From: an uncultured Acidobacteriota bacterium
Lineage (GTDB): Bacteria; Acidobacteriota; Terriglobia; Terriglobales; Acidobacteriaceae
Direction: 5' to 3'
NCBI GenBank assembly: GCA_963830785.1
Contig: CAWHNV010000045.1
Span: 2,792-66,791, forward strand
DNA length: 64,000 nt
Positions within the stretch are counted from its first letter, which is position 1. Every line of letters begins with the position of its first letter. Both the position numbers and the translations under genes were made by a program. Shown here in pieces: positions 19,483-29,837 of the stretch. Below the pieces are notes generated by a model. It was not told the origin of the DNA, did no database searches, and saw nothing but the letters and a program-made list of their open reading frames with translations.

Positions 19483-20266
19483 GCGCACACGGAAACGGGG
19501 GCTCATCGCGCAGGAGCGCGACCTTGAACTGCTCCGCGAACTCGCGCATATGCGGGTCGCGGATGCCAAGCAGCTCGCAACCGCTGCCGAGTTCCATTCG
19601 ATGACCAGGATCAACGCCCGGCTGCTCGCCCTGTATCGCGCGGGGCTTCTCCGGAGATTCTTCCTCGGTTCGGGAGGCGGACGGAAAGCGCTCTACGCGG
19701 TTTCCCCGAAGGGCGCGCAATTGATCAACATGCCGAGCCGTGGTCCGCGCAGGCGCCAAAACCAGATGCTCGTCGCGGATTTCTTCGTGCAGCACCAGCT
19801 TGCAGTGAATGCGGTGTATTGCCTGCTGAAGTTCCACCAAGTCCCCATCCCGAATGTGCAGTTTGTGCATTGGCTGTCATTCCACGAGCCGCTCGCGCCC
19901 GGGCTGTCCCTCATCCCTGACGGGTACGTGGAATGGAAAACGACGTCAGGGATCGACGCTTCGTTCATCGAAGTGGACCTGGGACACGAGGCGCTCTCGG
20001 TCTGGAAGGAGAAGGCGAAGCATTACCTCCAGCTCGCGCTCTCGGACGAATTCGAGCGGCAGTTCAAGCAACCCCGGTTCCGCGTTCTCGTCCTCGCGAA
20101 CTCGGAGCGCCGAATGCAATCGATCCGCGCGGCCGTTGCGACCGTAACCCAAAAAATATTCTGGTTTGCCGCGCTCGATGCCGCCCAGGGCGACAGATTC
20201 TTCGCGCCGGTATGGCTCCGCCCCTCGGAAGACAACCATCAACCGCTTTTCAAGGAAACACCATGA
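19469..20266 (+). CDS. replication-relaxation (Replic_Relax) family relaxase
   Basis: N-terminal wHTH (ERDLELL); HQLAVN; LIPDGY; FIEVDLGHE; overlaps the coupling protein gene. Confidence 0.85.
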   Translation: MTGTKRTRKRGLIAQERDLELLRELAHMRVADAKQLATAAEFHSMTRINARLLALYRAGLLRRFFLGSGGGRKALYAVSPKGAQLINMPSRGPRRRQNQMLVADFFVQHQLAVNAVYCLLKFHQVPIPNVQFVHWLSFHEPLAPGLSLIPDGYVEWKTTSGIDASFIEVDLGHEALSVWKEKAKHYLQLALSDEFERQFKQPRFRVLVLANSERRMQSIRAAVATVTQKIFWFAALDAAQGDRFFAPVWLRPSEDNHQPLFKETP

Positions 20267-20670
20267 AGTACTGCTATCACTGCGGGAAAATGACGGCAGG
20301 CGACCCAGCTTTTTGCGGCACCTGCGGCCGGACCTACGATGTCCGTCTTTGCCCACGCCTCCACGCGAATCCGCGTGGGGCGGAGGTCTGCTCCAAGTGC
20401 GGCAGCCGGGAGCTCTCGACGCCCCAGCCGAAGATTCCCATGACGCTCCGGCTCCTCGCACTCATGGCGCGCCTTGGGCTTGGGCTCCTGCTCTTTTACG
20501 TCACCCTCGTTCTCATCGTCGATGTTGTCCGCTCTCCCCAGGTACAGCAGACGTTCATTGCGGTTGGGATGTTGCTCTCGATCCTTTGGTGGATGTGGAG
20601 CAAGTTGCCCGACTGGCTGCAGGAAGCGATCCGTTCGTTCTGGATCAGGAGGCATGACGATGGCGACTGA
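20263..20670 (+). CDS. double zinc-ribbon membrane protein
   Basis: CYHCG/CGTCG/CPRLH/CSKCG then two hydrophobic helices; ATGA overlap. Confidence 0.75.
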   Translation: MKYCYHCGKMTAGDPAFCGTCGRTYDVRLCPRLHANPRGAEVCSKCGSRELSTPQPKIPMTLRLLALMARLGLGLLLFYVTLVLIVDVVRSPQVQQTFIAVGMLLSILWWMWSKLPDWLQEAIRSFWIRRHDDGD

Positions 20671-20983
20671 GGGCAACCATGCGGAGGCACGCATGTCGGG
20701 TTTCGGAGATGTGGAGAAGCCCTTGATTTCTCACGGCTTTTCGCCGGAATCCCTCGGGCAGAGCTACCCGCACCAAAACCCGCAGGGAGACGAAACCCTC
20801 GGTCAGCCGCTTTCGATCCGCGAGGTGGCCGACGTGATCGGCTGCTCCGACTGGACCGTACGCCACCGCTACCTTCCGCAGGGACTGCCGCACTTCCGTA
20901 CGGGCCCCGCAGGCAAGTTCGTGTTTTACCGCAAGCAAGTCATCGCTTGGATTCTCCAACAACAACGGAAAGGAGGGAAATGA
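20660..20983 (+). CDS. excisionase-like HTH protein
   Basis: LSIREVADVIGCSDWTVR...LPHFR...FVFYRKQVIAWI; AGGAGG RBS; directly before the integrase. Confidence 0.78.
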   Translation: MATEGNHAEARMSGFGDVEKPLISHGFSPESLGQSYPHQNPQGDETLGQPLSIREVADVIGCSDWTVRHRYLPQGLPHFRTGPAGKFVFYRKQVIAWILQQQRKGGK

Positions 20984-22087
20984 CCATGGCGCTCGTGAAA
21001 CGCGGCAACGTCTGGTGGGATTACGTGTGGATGAACGGCATCCGTCACGCGAAGTCCACCGGTACCGCCAACCGCCGCAAAGCGGAAATCATTGCGCGGC
21101 AATTCCGCGACGAGTTGAACGACATTCGTCAGCGAGTGCCGCAACGGAACCCGGATGTGACGGTCGGCGCGCTCGCGGCGCGTTTCATCGCAGACGGCAT
21201 GGCCAAACCCCATGCCTTGGACCGTCTGAACTACCTTCTGCCGTTCTTTGCGGACCTGCGGGTGTGCGACATCACGCCTGGCACGATCCGTGAGTACCGG
21301 CAGGAACGCCACCGCGAGAAAACCATCAAAGACGCAACCGTGAACCGCGATCTCTCCGTTCTCCGCCGCTTGCTCTATTGGGCGGTCGAGGAAGGGACTC
21401 ATCGCGGCGAATCCGCTGGCCCGGCTCCACATGGAACGCGAGCGCCGCGTGAAGCGCCCGGTGATGAGCCTGCGCGAAGAGCGGCAGCTCCTCGCAAAAG
21501 CTCCGGAACATCTTCGCCGGATCATCCGCTGCGCACTCGATACGGGGATGCGCAGGGGAGAAATCTTGGGCGAGCGATGGGAAGACATCGATTTCGACAA
21601 TCGCATCCTCCATGTCACGCGCAGCAAGACGCCCGAGGGCGAGGCCCGGGACATTCCGCTCACGAATGCCCTTTACGAAACGCTCCTCGCTATGCGCCGC
21701 GACCGGGGACCGGTGTTCACGTACCAGGGCGACGCGATCAAGATCGTAAAAACCACGTGGGCATCGAGCCTGCGCCGTGCAGGACTCCGCCACTTTCGGT
21801 TTCACGATCTTCGGCACACGGCGAACACCCGCATGATGCTCGCAGGCGTGCTCCAGGAAGTGCGCCGCGAAATTCTCGGCCACACGTCACGCCGTTCGCG
21901 CGACGTGAACGACCGTTACACCCAGATCGAGCTGCCGGAGAAGCGCGACGCGATCCGGAAGCTCGAAGTCTGGCTCGAGAATCAGGAGCTCATCCTCCAG
22001 GCGGAGAACCCGGCGCAATTGTTTCTCCCTCCGCCCCAACCATCCACCGCAACCACGGAGAACACTCATTATGACGGAACCGAATAG
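20980..22087 (+). CDS. tyrosine integrase (frameshifted at GGG 21394-21396)
   Basis: KRGNVWW...KSTGT arm domain; TVNRDL; TGMRRGE; FHDLRHT; LGH; RY. Removing one G joins the two ORFs (EEGLIAANP). Confidence 0.9.
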
Positions 22088-22292
22088 CAACCCAGAACCG
22101 CATGAGCTTGACGAAGCGCTCCGCCAACTCGTGCTCGCCCGCGTGAGCGCAATCAACGGCAAGGTGCTCGTGCGGCTCGCGACCGTCTCCGACGATCTCG
22201 ACGCCGGAGGGCATCGTGCCGCACTCGGCGGTCTCGATGGCATCGAACGCGAGATAGCAACCATGCGCAATTTCCTGCTCTTGCTTTCGTAG
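22071..22292 (+). CDS. hypothetical small protein
   Basis: GGAG RBS; overlaps the integrase end. Confidence 0.6.
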   Translation: MTEPNSNPEPHELDEALRQLVLARVSAINGKVLVRLATVSDDLDAGGHRAALGGLDGIEREIATMRNFLLLLS

Positions 22293-22343
22293 CCGGAGCG
22301 CACCGTTCTTTCACAACTCAACCCATACGCACAAGGAGGCGTT

Positions 22344-22542
22344 ATGAGTCCCAAATCCGCACCATCACCTGAACCCTCAACCGGCCGCAAACCGTGGATC
22401 AAGAAAACCACGGTCGAGGTCGTTCTCGAACAGCTCGACAAGCAGGAACAACGCGTTGCCGAGATGCGCGAGGAACTCGCCCACGAAGAACGCGAGCTTG
22501 CCAAACTGACTGCAGGCCCGCAAGGTGCTCGAAGCGCAGTAA
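22344..22542 (+). CDS. small coiled-coil protein (apparent 1-bp insertion near 22509)
   Basis: AGGAGG RBS; corrected reading ...LAKLLQARKVLEAQ* ends just before a terminator. Confidence 0.55.
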
Positions 22543-22546
22543 TCAC

Positions 22547-22581
22547 CGGGGAGTTGTCGCAACGCGATAGCTCCCCGTTTT
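22547..22581 (+). terminator. intrinsic terminator-like hairpin
   Basis: CGGGGAGTTGTCGC-aac-GCGATAGCTCCCCG followed by TTTT. Confidence 0.65.
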
Positions 22582-22605
22582 CATACCAAAAAGGAGAAAT
22601 GGCCT

Positions 22606-23787
22606 ATGACAACGAACGCATTGCATCAAGATCGCTCATCCGGGAAATCGTATCGCCTTGAATCCCGCGCATTCTATCTCGGCGCGCACAATATCGATCC
22701 CAAGCCGGTGATGCAGGAGATCGAGGCGAAGATGGTGCAGGACTCTTCGGAGGAGCGGAACAAACTGCTGCGGGCGCTTCGTGTGCTCGAAGCGAAAAAA
22801 GAGCAGGTGCGCCGCGAGCGCCCCGAGGCGGAAGCGACGTGGGCGCGCGTGAAGAAGGATTTGGGCGACACGCCGCCGCCCTTCTTCCATGCCCTCATTA
22901 TGGTTGGCTTCGCGGCCCTCGCGCTCTCGCTCGACGCACTTTTTCTCGCACCGTCGATGGACATTCTGAACGTGGCGCATCCGGCGCTCCAGATGCTTGC
23001 CGCCGCCGGGGTTGCCATACTCTGCACCGCATGGTTCGAATTCGCGGGGGTGCTCTATCTGCGTGGTGGGAAGAATCTCGCCCAACGCTTGATCGCGGTC
23101 GTTGCCGCCGGCATCGGCGCGTGCTGCCTCATCGCCTGGGGGCTCCTGCGCGGCTACCAGCTCAAGTTTGCCGCCGGACTCGCAGGGAATCCCTTAGGCG
23201 ATTTTCTTGGCCAGCATCCTATACTCGCGTCGATCTTCTATATCTTCGTGACGCTCGGGACGCCGATCATCGGCGCGATGGCGCTCCTGAACGCGTGGAA
23301 CGAAGCGTCAAAAGCGCTCCTGTGGCGCAACGTGCGGCAACGCTTCGAAGAACTTCGCACCGCCGAGGTGGAGATCGCGGGGAAAGTCCAGTCCGCCGCC
23401 GAAGATCTCGATCACTTTGATCAGAGAAAGGAGGCCGTCTGCCGCGAGTGGAAGGCGATTTTCAATCAGTTCTATGCTCGTGGTCGTCAGAACGGCGCGC
23501 GGAGGGAGACGCTCGCATCCGTCGTGCGCAAAAGCGCCGTGGGCGGTGCGCTCGCCGCGCCGCTTGCATTCCTCGCGCCCTTCGCGTTCGTCCCTGCGCT
23601 CATCGCCATTTCTAGTGCTGTGGGCATCGGCCTCTTCACGTATTTCAACCATCGTCGCCACCACCCGAACCACGACCGCTACCTCGCGCAAGAAAACACC
23701 TATTTCGCCGTGATTCCTGATGCGCCACGCGCGCAAGAACTCCATGCGCCCGCGCCGCGCCTTATTACGAAAGGAGACTCCGAATGA
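22606..23787 (+). CDS. multi-pass membrane protein with coiled coils
   Basis: AAGGAG RBS; about 4+2 hydrophobic helices separated by charged helical segments. Confidence 0.75.
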   Translation: MTTNALHQDRSSGKSYRLESRAFYLGAHNIDPKPVMQEIEAKMVQDSSEERNKLLRALRVLEAKKEQVRRERPEAEATWARVKKDLGDTPPPFFHALIMVGFAALALSLDALFLAPSMDILNVAHPALQMLAAAGVAILCTAWFEFAGVLYLRGGKNLAQRLIAVVAAGIGACCLIAWGLLRGYQLKFAAGLAGNPLGDFLGQHPILASIFYIFVTLGTPIIGAMALLNAWNEASKALLWRNVRQRFEELRTAEVEIAGKVQSAAEDLDHFDQRKEAVCREWKAIFNQFYARGRQNGARRETLASVVRKSAVGGALAAPLAFLAPFAFVPALIAISSAVGIGLFTYFNHRRHHPNHDRYLAQENTYFAVIPDAPRAQELHAPAPRLITKGDSE

Positions 23788-24569
23788 TTCGCTTCAGTTC
23801 CCTTGCCTTAGCGTCATTGATTGTGCTCACCGCCTGCTCGCACCCGGTGCCAAAGGCGACGGTCGAGGTTATCGACATGAGCTTGAGCATCACACCGCGC
23901 GCCGAGCACGCCGCAGAGAATGCCATCCTCGATCAGATTTCTCGTATGGGACGCGGCGACCGCCTGATCATTATTCCGATTACCGGGGACGCGCAAAACG
24001 ATGCCGGGGGGCGAATCCTGCGCCTCGTGGCTCCCACCAAACGTGAGGCATACGACAACGATCTGCGGCGATTTCAGGCTGACGCGAAAAAACGATACGC
24101 CTCCTGGCTCGCTTCCCTCGATCCGCACCAGATGCGGACTGACATTCTGGGTACCTTGGATGTTGCCCGGCAAGAATTCGCAGCGACTCCCAAGAATACA
24201 GACCGTCATCTCGTCATTCTGAGCGATTTTCTCGAGGACGATCCTTTGTACCGCTTCGTCTCCACGTCACAACTTGCGAACGCCGTGCGTGCCCGCGCGT
24301 TCGCCGTCGCCACGCGGACGGATCGAGGATTCGCTCTTCCTGGGGTGCCAGTCTGTCTCGGCCGTTTGGAGTCGAGCGATTTCGCCCCGCTCTCCCCGCA
24401 GCGCAAGGAAGCGGTACAGGTCTTCTGGGCGGAATATTTGAACGACCGGGGCCACGCGCCAGCGCTGCGGTTCGACGGCACTGGAATGCTCACCGGCAAC
24501 GCCGCATGCTACGACGACTCGAAGGAGGTTGCGTCTACGGTGGCGGGAAGAAGGGAGGAGCAGCCGTGA
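23784..24569 (+). CDS. VWA-like lipoprotein
   Basis: Lipobox LTAC; MIDAS-like DMSLS...TDI...LSDF. Confidence 0.75.
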   Translation: MIRFSSLALASLIVLTACSHPVPKATVEVIDMSLSITPRAEHAAENAILDQISRMGRGDRLIIIPITGDAQNDAGGRILRLVAPTKREAYDNDLRRFQADAKKRYASWLASLDPHQMRTDILGTLDVARQEFAATPKNTDRHLVILSDFLEDDPLYRFVSTSQLANAVRARAFAVATRTDRGFALPGVPVCLGRLESSDFAPLSPQRKEAVQVFWAEYLNDRGHAPALRFDGTGMLTGNAACYDDSKEVASTVAGRREEQP

Positions 24570-24862
24570 TCGAGGCCAGATTGCTCTCTATGTGGAACGG
24601 CCTCGTGGGATCGGCCGCCCTCATTGCAATCATCGTTCTCGCGCTCTGCGTCATTGTGACCGCCGTAAAGCTTAAAGACCTTCCACGGCACCTCGGCGTG
24701 CTCGTGGGTATTGTGATCCTGCTCATTACGCTGCCCTCGATCATCGTCTCTCTGTGGAATTCGATGACCTTGGGACAGCATCTCGGCATCGCGACGATCC
24801 TAATCGGAATTATTTTTCTGATTAGTGCCACTCGCCGGAAATCAAAGAAAGCACGGCAATAG
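24566..24862 (+). CDS. small 3-TM membrane protein
   Basis: GTGA overlap; GGAGGAG RBS; three hydrophobic helices and a basic tail. Confidence 0.7.
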   Translation: MIEARLLSMWNGLVGSAALIAIIVLALCVIVTAVKLKDLPRHLGVLVGIVILLITLPSIIVSLWNSMTLGQHLGIATILIGIIFLISATRRKSKKARQ

Positions 24863-25061
24863 AGGAGTGCCTACATGCTTAAGCATCTCGTCGAGCATGT
24901 CCTTGTGGCCACGGCTCGGTCCGGCGGTGATTCCGCTCTGTCTCTGGCAATGTGGCAACAGCTTCGGAGATCGCTAAAAGGGGGACGACAAGTTGGAGGC
25001 CTCGTCGAATCCGTCTGGCGGACGACCTAGAGCTTTGGCCTTTGCTCTCTCTTTGTTTGCT

Positions 25062-25109
25062 TAGAATAGAACGACTAGACAAAACCTCCCTTGTCTATGT
25101 TATATTCTA
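25062..25109 (+). promoter_or_regulatory. nested palindromic operator over a putative promoter
   Basis: TAGAATA..TAGACAA-N8-TTGTCTA..TATTCTA; TAGACA -35-like and TATATT -10-like boxes. Confidence 0.55.
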
Positions 25110-25114
25110 TTCCT

Positions 25115-25726
25115 ATGGAGATCATGGAGCGCGCTGCTGAGGTACTCACCGAAGCCGAATCGGCTTTGCGAGACTTGCTGGGAGTCGCCGCAAAGCAAGG
25201 TGACTATCCCTCCATTCTGCGTTTAGCAGAATTGGCGCGAGCCATTCACGATTTAACTGGAACCGATCACTCGGCCGGACTCATCCCTACTCCACCCGCG
25301 GATCGCGCCGTGCTTGCGACTCGCGCTGCCAAGGTTGCGAAACAGGCTCCGCCACCTCGAAAGGGGGAGAAGCGATATCCAAGTTTCTCGCGTGCAGGTG
25401 AGGAACTCGTCATGCTGGCATGGTCAAAGCGGGAAAAGAAGGAGTATCGACACAAGGCCTCACATTCGGTGCTGCAATCTTTGGCGAAGGCGATGGTCGA
25501 AAAGGGCTCTGCTGGAAGGGTCTTTACAACTGACGAACTGCTCCCGATTCGTAACCTAGCTGACGGGACCGACGTGCCGAACTATAAAGTCTACGTTGCC
25601 ATTTCTTTGCTAAAACAGACCGGCACCATCGAACAACACGGCCGGAGCGGGTATTCGATAACAAAGGATAACGATTTTGAAAATGCCGTCGAGAAAATCT
25701 GGAATGCGCTACCCAAATTGCAATGA
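25115..25726 (+). CDS. hypothetical protein with probable C-terminal winged helix
   Basis: FTTDEL...YKVYVAISLLKQTGTIEQHGRSGYSI wHTH-like pattern. Confidence 0.6.
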   Translation: MEIMERAAEVLTEAESALRDLLGVAAKQGDYPSILRLAELARAIHDLTGTDHSAGLIPTPPADRAVLATRAAKVAKQAPPPRKGEKRYPSFSRAGEELVMLAWSKREKKEYRHKASHSVLQSLAKAMVEKGSAGRVFTTDELLPIRNLADGTDVPNYKVYVAISLLKQTGTIEQHGRSGYSITKDNDFENAVEKIWNALPKLQ

Positions 25727-25740
25727 TGGAGCAATGAAAG

Positions 25741-26828
25741 ATGCCCTTCACAAAAATTGATGATTTCGTTAATCCGCGAGACTTCGTGAGCCAAGCAGTC
25801 AGAGCAACTACCGCAGACGCGGTAGGGGCATTGTTGTCTCAACTCCCAATCACCCCGGAAGAGGAATACGCCTATGACGAGGAATCTCCTGAGACAGGTT
25901 GGCAAACCAACAAGTTCCACTGGATACCGGTTGGTCGCGACCGCGGCAATGCCGGGCGTATCAAACAAGCTAATCATCCAGTCAATCCCATTGCGGAGCG
26001 GGCTGTGAATGGCATGGAGGCTCTCATTGAGATGGCTAGGCACAGGGAGATCGCGCTTACTCCGCTGGCTGTAGCGCCGTCGAATCCGCGTGATGCGGTA
26101 TCCCGTTATTTTGGCATTCCGGCCTTAGACCAGTTACCTAAGTTGGACGACGATTCACCCGACACCAAGGAGATACGCGCCAGGGCACGCGATTTGGCCG
26201 TCAGCTGCGCGTTAGGCTTGTCTTTGATAGAGCGACTAAGCAATTCACAGTAGCCATCGAAGATGATGGTATCGGGCAAACACCAGCATGGATTCATCGA
26301 ACCCTCATGTCACTCGGCTCGACAACCAAGGCGGATAAGTGGTATTTGATCGGCGTGTTTGGTCAGGGGGGGTCCTCCGCGTATGCCGTCAGTGAGTATT
26401 CTTGGGTTCTGTCAAGGCGGGCCCCTGATCTCCTCGAAGGAGAAGACGATGGGGTTGGTTGGACCGTCGTCCGTCATATTTTTCCAAAGAATCGCCGCGA
26501 CGACTACTTCGCTTATCTTGCGGCGAGCCCCGACGGAAAAGTCCCGAGAATCTCAGCGGCAGATGCCGACGCTGCCAACATCAGTCATGGTACTAGGTTT
26601 GTACATATTGGATACGACTTTGGTAAGGGGGGCTCGGCTATTACTCGCCAGCTCTACACCGCGATGAATCACGTTCTTTACAACCCCGTTCTTCCCTTTG
26701 AGCTTTACGTTGGTGATACTTTGGCTACCGTTTACGGGAATGGATATCGATTGTCGTCTCTGGGGAGCACACGCAATACCGAACGACCCGCGCTCGACAA
26801 GTTATTCCCGGCGCAACCCGTTATCTGA
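25741..26828 (+). CDS. GHKL (HSP90/MORC-like) ATPase, frameshifted near 26198
   Basis: N-box AERAVNGMEA; G1 EDDGIG; G2 IGVFGQGGS; HGT. Adding one C at 26198-26199 gives ~362 aa. Confidence 0.8.
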
Positions 26829-26843
26829 TCAAGAGAGGAAGAG

Positions 26844-28658
26844 ATGCCGACAGCCCAGCTTGATAAGTCACTTAGCTCCGAAGTTACGGAAGGTTACGGA
26901 ACCATTACCATTCGTGTCGTCGTCCTCGAGAAAACAATGGCCTCGGCCCCAGCTCCTGGGGCCGCAGCCGACCTTCCCGCGGACATTTCCCCGGATGAAG
27001 TCCTGCCCGACACGGATAAGCATCCAACTGCGACCTTTCTTGAAGAACCGAAGAAAGGGCGACAGTGTTGCGTCTTCTTGATTAACGGTCAACGGCAACA
27101 TGCTTGGGACAATCAGTTCATAGTTCGTGATCTCGATATGAAGTACTTGAGAAACCGGATGATAGTCATTGTTGATTGCGACGGGCTTAAGCCCGACGCC
27201 ATAGCGAGGCTTATGCAGGGCTCCCGCTTTCAGTTCTTAGAAGGGAGTGTTTATGCTGCGGTTGAATCGAGGGTGTTGGCGACTCTCAAGGGTGATCCCG
27301 ATCTTCACCGGTTAGAAGAAGAAGCAGAAGAGGACATTTCAAGTCTCCAGGCCGGTGACGAGGCCGTCAAGGCGGCTCTGGACCAACTAATCGAGGCCCA
27401 TCATGAAGCCGCGATAAATGCATCACATGGACATGTTGAGGCTGGCGCAGCCACGCGCGACGAGAGTAACTCTGCAGGTAGCCTTGAGCAATCCCAGACC
27501 GTAGTAATTGACGCACATACAGGAGAGGCTGCAGCCGATCCAGTGCTGTTGCTGCGACCAGATGTTGCAACGGTCCGCCTCCAGCCCGACGAGCCTCGCC
27601 GTTGTATGATTCACGCCAGGCCTGAATCGATGTGGAGAAATATCGAGAGCATGGTCTTGACCTTTGACCCGCCTATAAAGGAACTTCAGGCAGTTCGCAC
27701 ATCGCAGTTGCTCGGCGAGGAAGTCACCCTCAAGTTCGAGGAGCCCGATGATTTCGACGAAGACGAGTACCCGATAGAGACCTTGCTGCAAACAACAGCC
27801 ACCTTCAAGGGGCAATCCGAATCCCGTTTTCTTGAACGCAGAATCGTAATAAACCGCAACAAGAAGAAGCCTCCTCGTCCACCGATTGTTCTGAAGGAAG
27901 ACCCGACAACGATAAAGATAACCAGCAGGCAGCCTATTAAGATCGTGGTTGGTGGCCCGGACGTTCATGTCAAACTCCGCTGGGATGGACTCGATGAGTT
28001 GGTTAACTCTGCTACTCCTGAATGGACGTTTCAAGTGTTGTGCGAGTCGCCATCGGTTGAGCCATCGACCTTCTTGACGCGACCGGAAAATGGGCGTTTT
28101 GAGTTGTTGATTCAAGCTAATGCCGGCTTGAAATCTGGAGAGCAGTTGAAGTTCATCATCGACGCACTCGGTCCGGGCAAGACTCTGACAACATCATTCT
28201 TAGCAGATGTTGTTCAACCTTTATCTCCTCGCAAGTTATCACAGAAACTCCAAGGTGGAGCACAGCGAAAGCCGCCCTATGCGCTGGTATACATCACAAG
28301 GGATGACTGGGCATTGGAAACGTGTTGGGGCAACACTTGGACCGGAGCGGACCCAGGGTCCTTTGATCCGCCTAGTGCAAAGTCGCCTCTAACCATCTTC
28401 ATCAACACCGAAACGGATCTATTGACGGGCTACCGAGACGCACTGTTGTCGAAGAAGTTGGCTGAGGCAACGATTCAACAGCGCATCAACAAATACACCG
28501 CGCATGTCGCATTTCATCTTTACCAGATGTACTTGAAGAAAAAGGAAGCGGAAAACGACACCACAGGCGAGTCAAAAGCTCCGACTGAAGAGCAGATGCG
28601 TGATGAAATCAAGCGGGTAGCCATGACATTGATAAAACTGATGGAGGTGGCACAATAG
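26844..28658 (+). CDS. large hypothetical partner of the GHKL ATPase
   Basis: 604 aa; GAGGAAG RBS; VFLINGQRQH segment resembles the S5-like transducer that follows GHKL domains. Confidence 0.7.
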   Translation: MPTAQLDKSLSSEVTEGYGTITIRVVVLEKTMASAPAPGAAADLPADISPDEVLPDTDKHPTATFLEEPKKGRQCCVFLINGQRQHAWDNQFIVRDLDMKYLRNRMIVIVDCDGLKPDAIARLMQGSRFQFLEGSVYAAVESRVLATLKGDPDLHRLEEEAEEDISSLQAGDEAVKAALDQLIEAHHEAAINASHGHVEAGAATRDESNSAGSLEQSQTVVIDAHTGEAAADPVLLLRPDVATVRLQPDEPRRCMIHARPESMWRNIESMVLTFDPPIKELQAVRTSQLLGEEVTLKFEEPDDFDEDEYPIETLLQTTATFKGQSESRFLERRIVINRNKKKPPRPPIVLKEDPTTIKITSRQPIKIVVGGPDVHVKLRWDGLDELVNSATPEWTFQVLCESPSVEPSTFLTRPENGRFELLIQANAGLKSGEQLKFIIDALGPGKTLTTSFLADVVQPLSPRKLSQKLQGGAQRKPPYALVYITRDDWALETCWGNTWTGADPGSFDPPSAKSPLTIFINTETDLLTGYRDALLSKKLAEATIQQRINKYTAHVAFHLYQMYLKKKEAENDTTGESKAPTEEQMRDEIKRVAMTLIKLMEVAQ

Positions 28659-28661
28659 GCC

Positions 28662-29837
28662 CTATGAGGCTCTGTGAATCAGGACTACCTCGCTGGCAGA
28701 ATTAGTTGCGCCTTTGAATGTCGCGTGCCATTTGCGGTTAGGCACGGACCTCCAGATTCGAGGCCTTCCCAACTGCATCTCTTCGAATCCAGCGGATTCC
28801 ATATTAGCCAGGTACCTAGGCAACTGCTCCTCTGGTTTGTTGAATGCGAGCATTTGCACCATGTAGCCGCCGTCCTGCACGACCTTGCGAATTGCCGACA
28901 ATGTCTGTAGCGAGGTTCTAAAGTAGTTGTCAGCTGCGGCTTTTCGGCGATCTGCGAAGTTGTAATATGACGCGCCGTTCCCGTCTTGGCAGCCCGCTAT
29001 CCAATACGGCGCTGGAGTTTCGCGCCGACCATCAACTTGCCACCGATGATACAGAACGTGCACTCCTGGATAAGGCGGACTCGTCACGATGAGATTCGCC
29101 TTCGAGCTGCCGTCGGAGAAAACATTCGCGTCCGGAAGATGCGAAGCGTCCATGTTGAGAATCACCGCACACTGATGCCGCGTTTCTCTGCTGAAGGCTT
29201 GGATTGCTTCAAGCATCTCTAGCGAGATCCCTGTCAACTTATTCCTGAAGTCCACGAGGGGAGTGTGACGCTCACGGCCATCGAGTGCCCATTGCGCGAC
29301 CCGCAGCACTGCGCATCTGGCGAAGTTCATAGTCGCTAAGGTAGGCAGTTGTGGAAGGGAAACGAGAGCCGCGGCTACCGCCTTCTTGATGAACCGAGCT
29401 CGGGCGAGAGAGAGGTTCTTTGTCTTGGCGTCGTCCATAACGTCAACGACGTCTTCAGAGTGCACGACATAACTGAAGTCTGGCACGCTCTCAATCGCCC
29501 AGCGATGGAGCGCTTTGATTTCAGCGTCCGAAAGACCGGTGATTTTGACTCGCGCAATGAAGGCCGCCAACGAGTTGAGGTCGTTTCCAACGACGGATCG
29601 ACCGGCCGCCATTGATTCAACTACTGTCGTGCCCCCGCCCATGTAGGGGTCGAGTACGAGGTCGGACGGCTGTGAAAGGCACCTGATAGCAGCTGAGGCG
29701 AAGCCTGGTGAGAAGCGAGCAGGATAGCGATAGAAATTATGGGTCAATCCGGAAACGGGCGAGGTATCTCGTGCCGCTTCCGCGAGCGTGCCGTAGATTT
29801 CCTTCCAATCTGCTGTCCGACGACCCATGCTCGTCAT
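28662..29837 (-). CDS. amino-DNA methyltransferase (N4-C-like, SPPY)
   Basis: YRYPARF, LDPYMGGGTT (motif I), LIVTSPPY (motif IV). Confidence 0.88.
   Translation of the reverse strand: MTSMGRRTADWKEIYGTLAEAARDTSPVSGLTHNFYRYPARFSPGFASAAIRCLSQPSDLVLDPYMGGGTTVVESMAAGRSVVGNDLNSLAAFIARVKITGLSDAEIKALHRWAIESVPDFSYVVHSEDVVDVMDDAKTKNLSLARARFIKKAVAAALVSLPQLPTLATMNFARCAVLRVAQWALDGRERHTPLVDFRNKLTGISLEMLEAIQAFSRETRHQCAVILNMDASHLPDANVFSDGSSKANLIVTSPPYPGVHVLYHRWQVDGRRETPAPYWIAGCQDGNGASYYNFADRRKAAADNYFRTSLQTLSAIRKVVQDGGYMVQMLAFNKPEEQLPRYLANMESAGFEEMQLGRPRIWRSVPNRKWHATFKGATNSASEVVLIHRAS

Noticed and set aside
21394-21396. Programmed frameshift in the integrase
   Set aside because: No slippery heptamer; similar single indels occur in unrelated genes.
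20947-22074. 375-aa ORF as a novel protein
   Set aside because: It is the integrase N-half running out of frame after the 21394-21396 indel.
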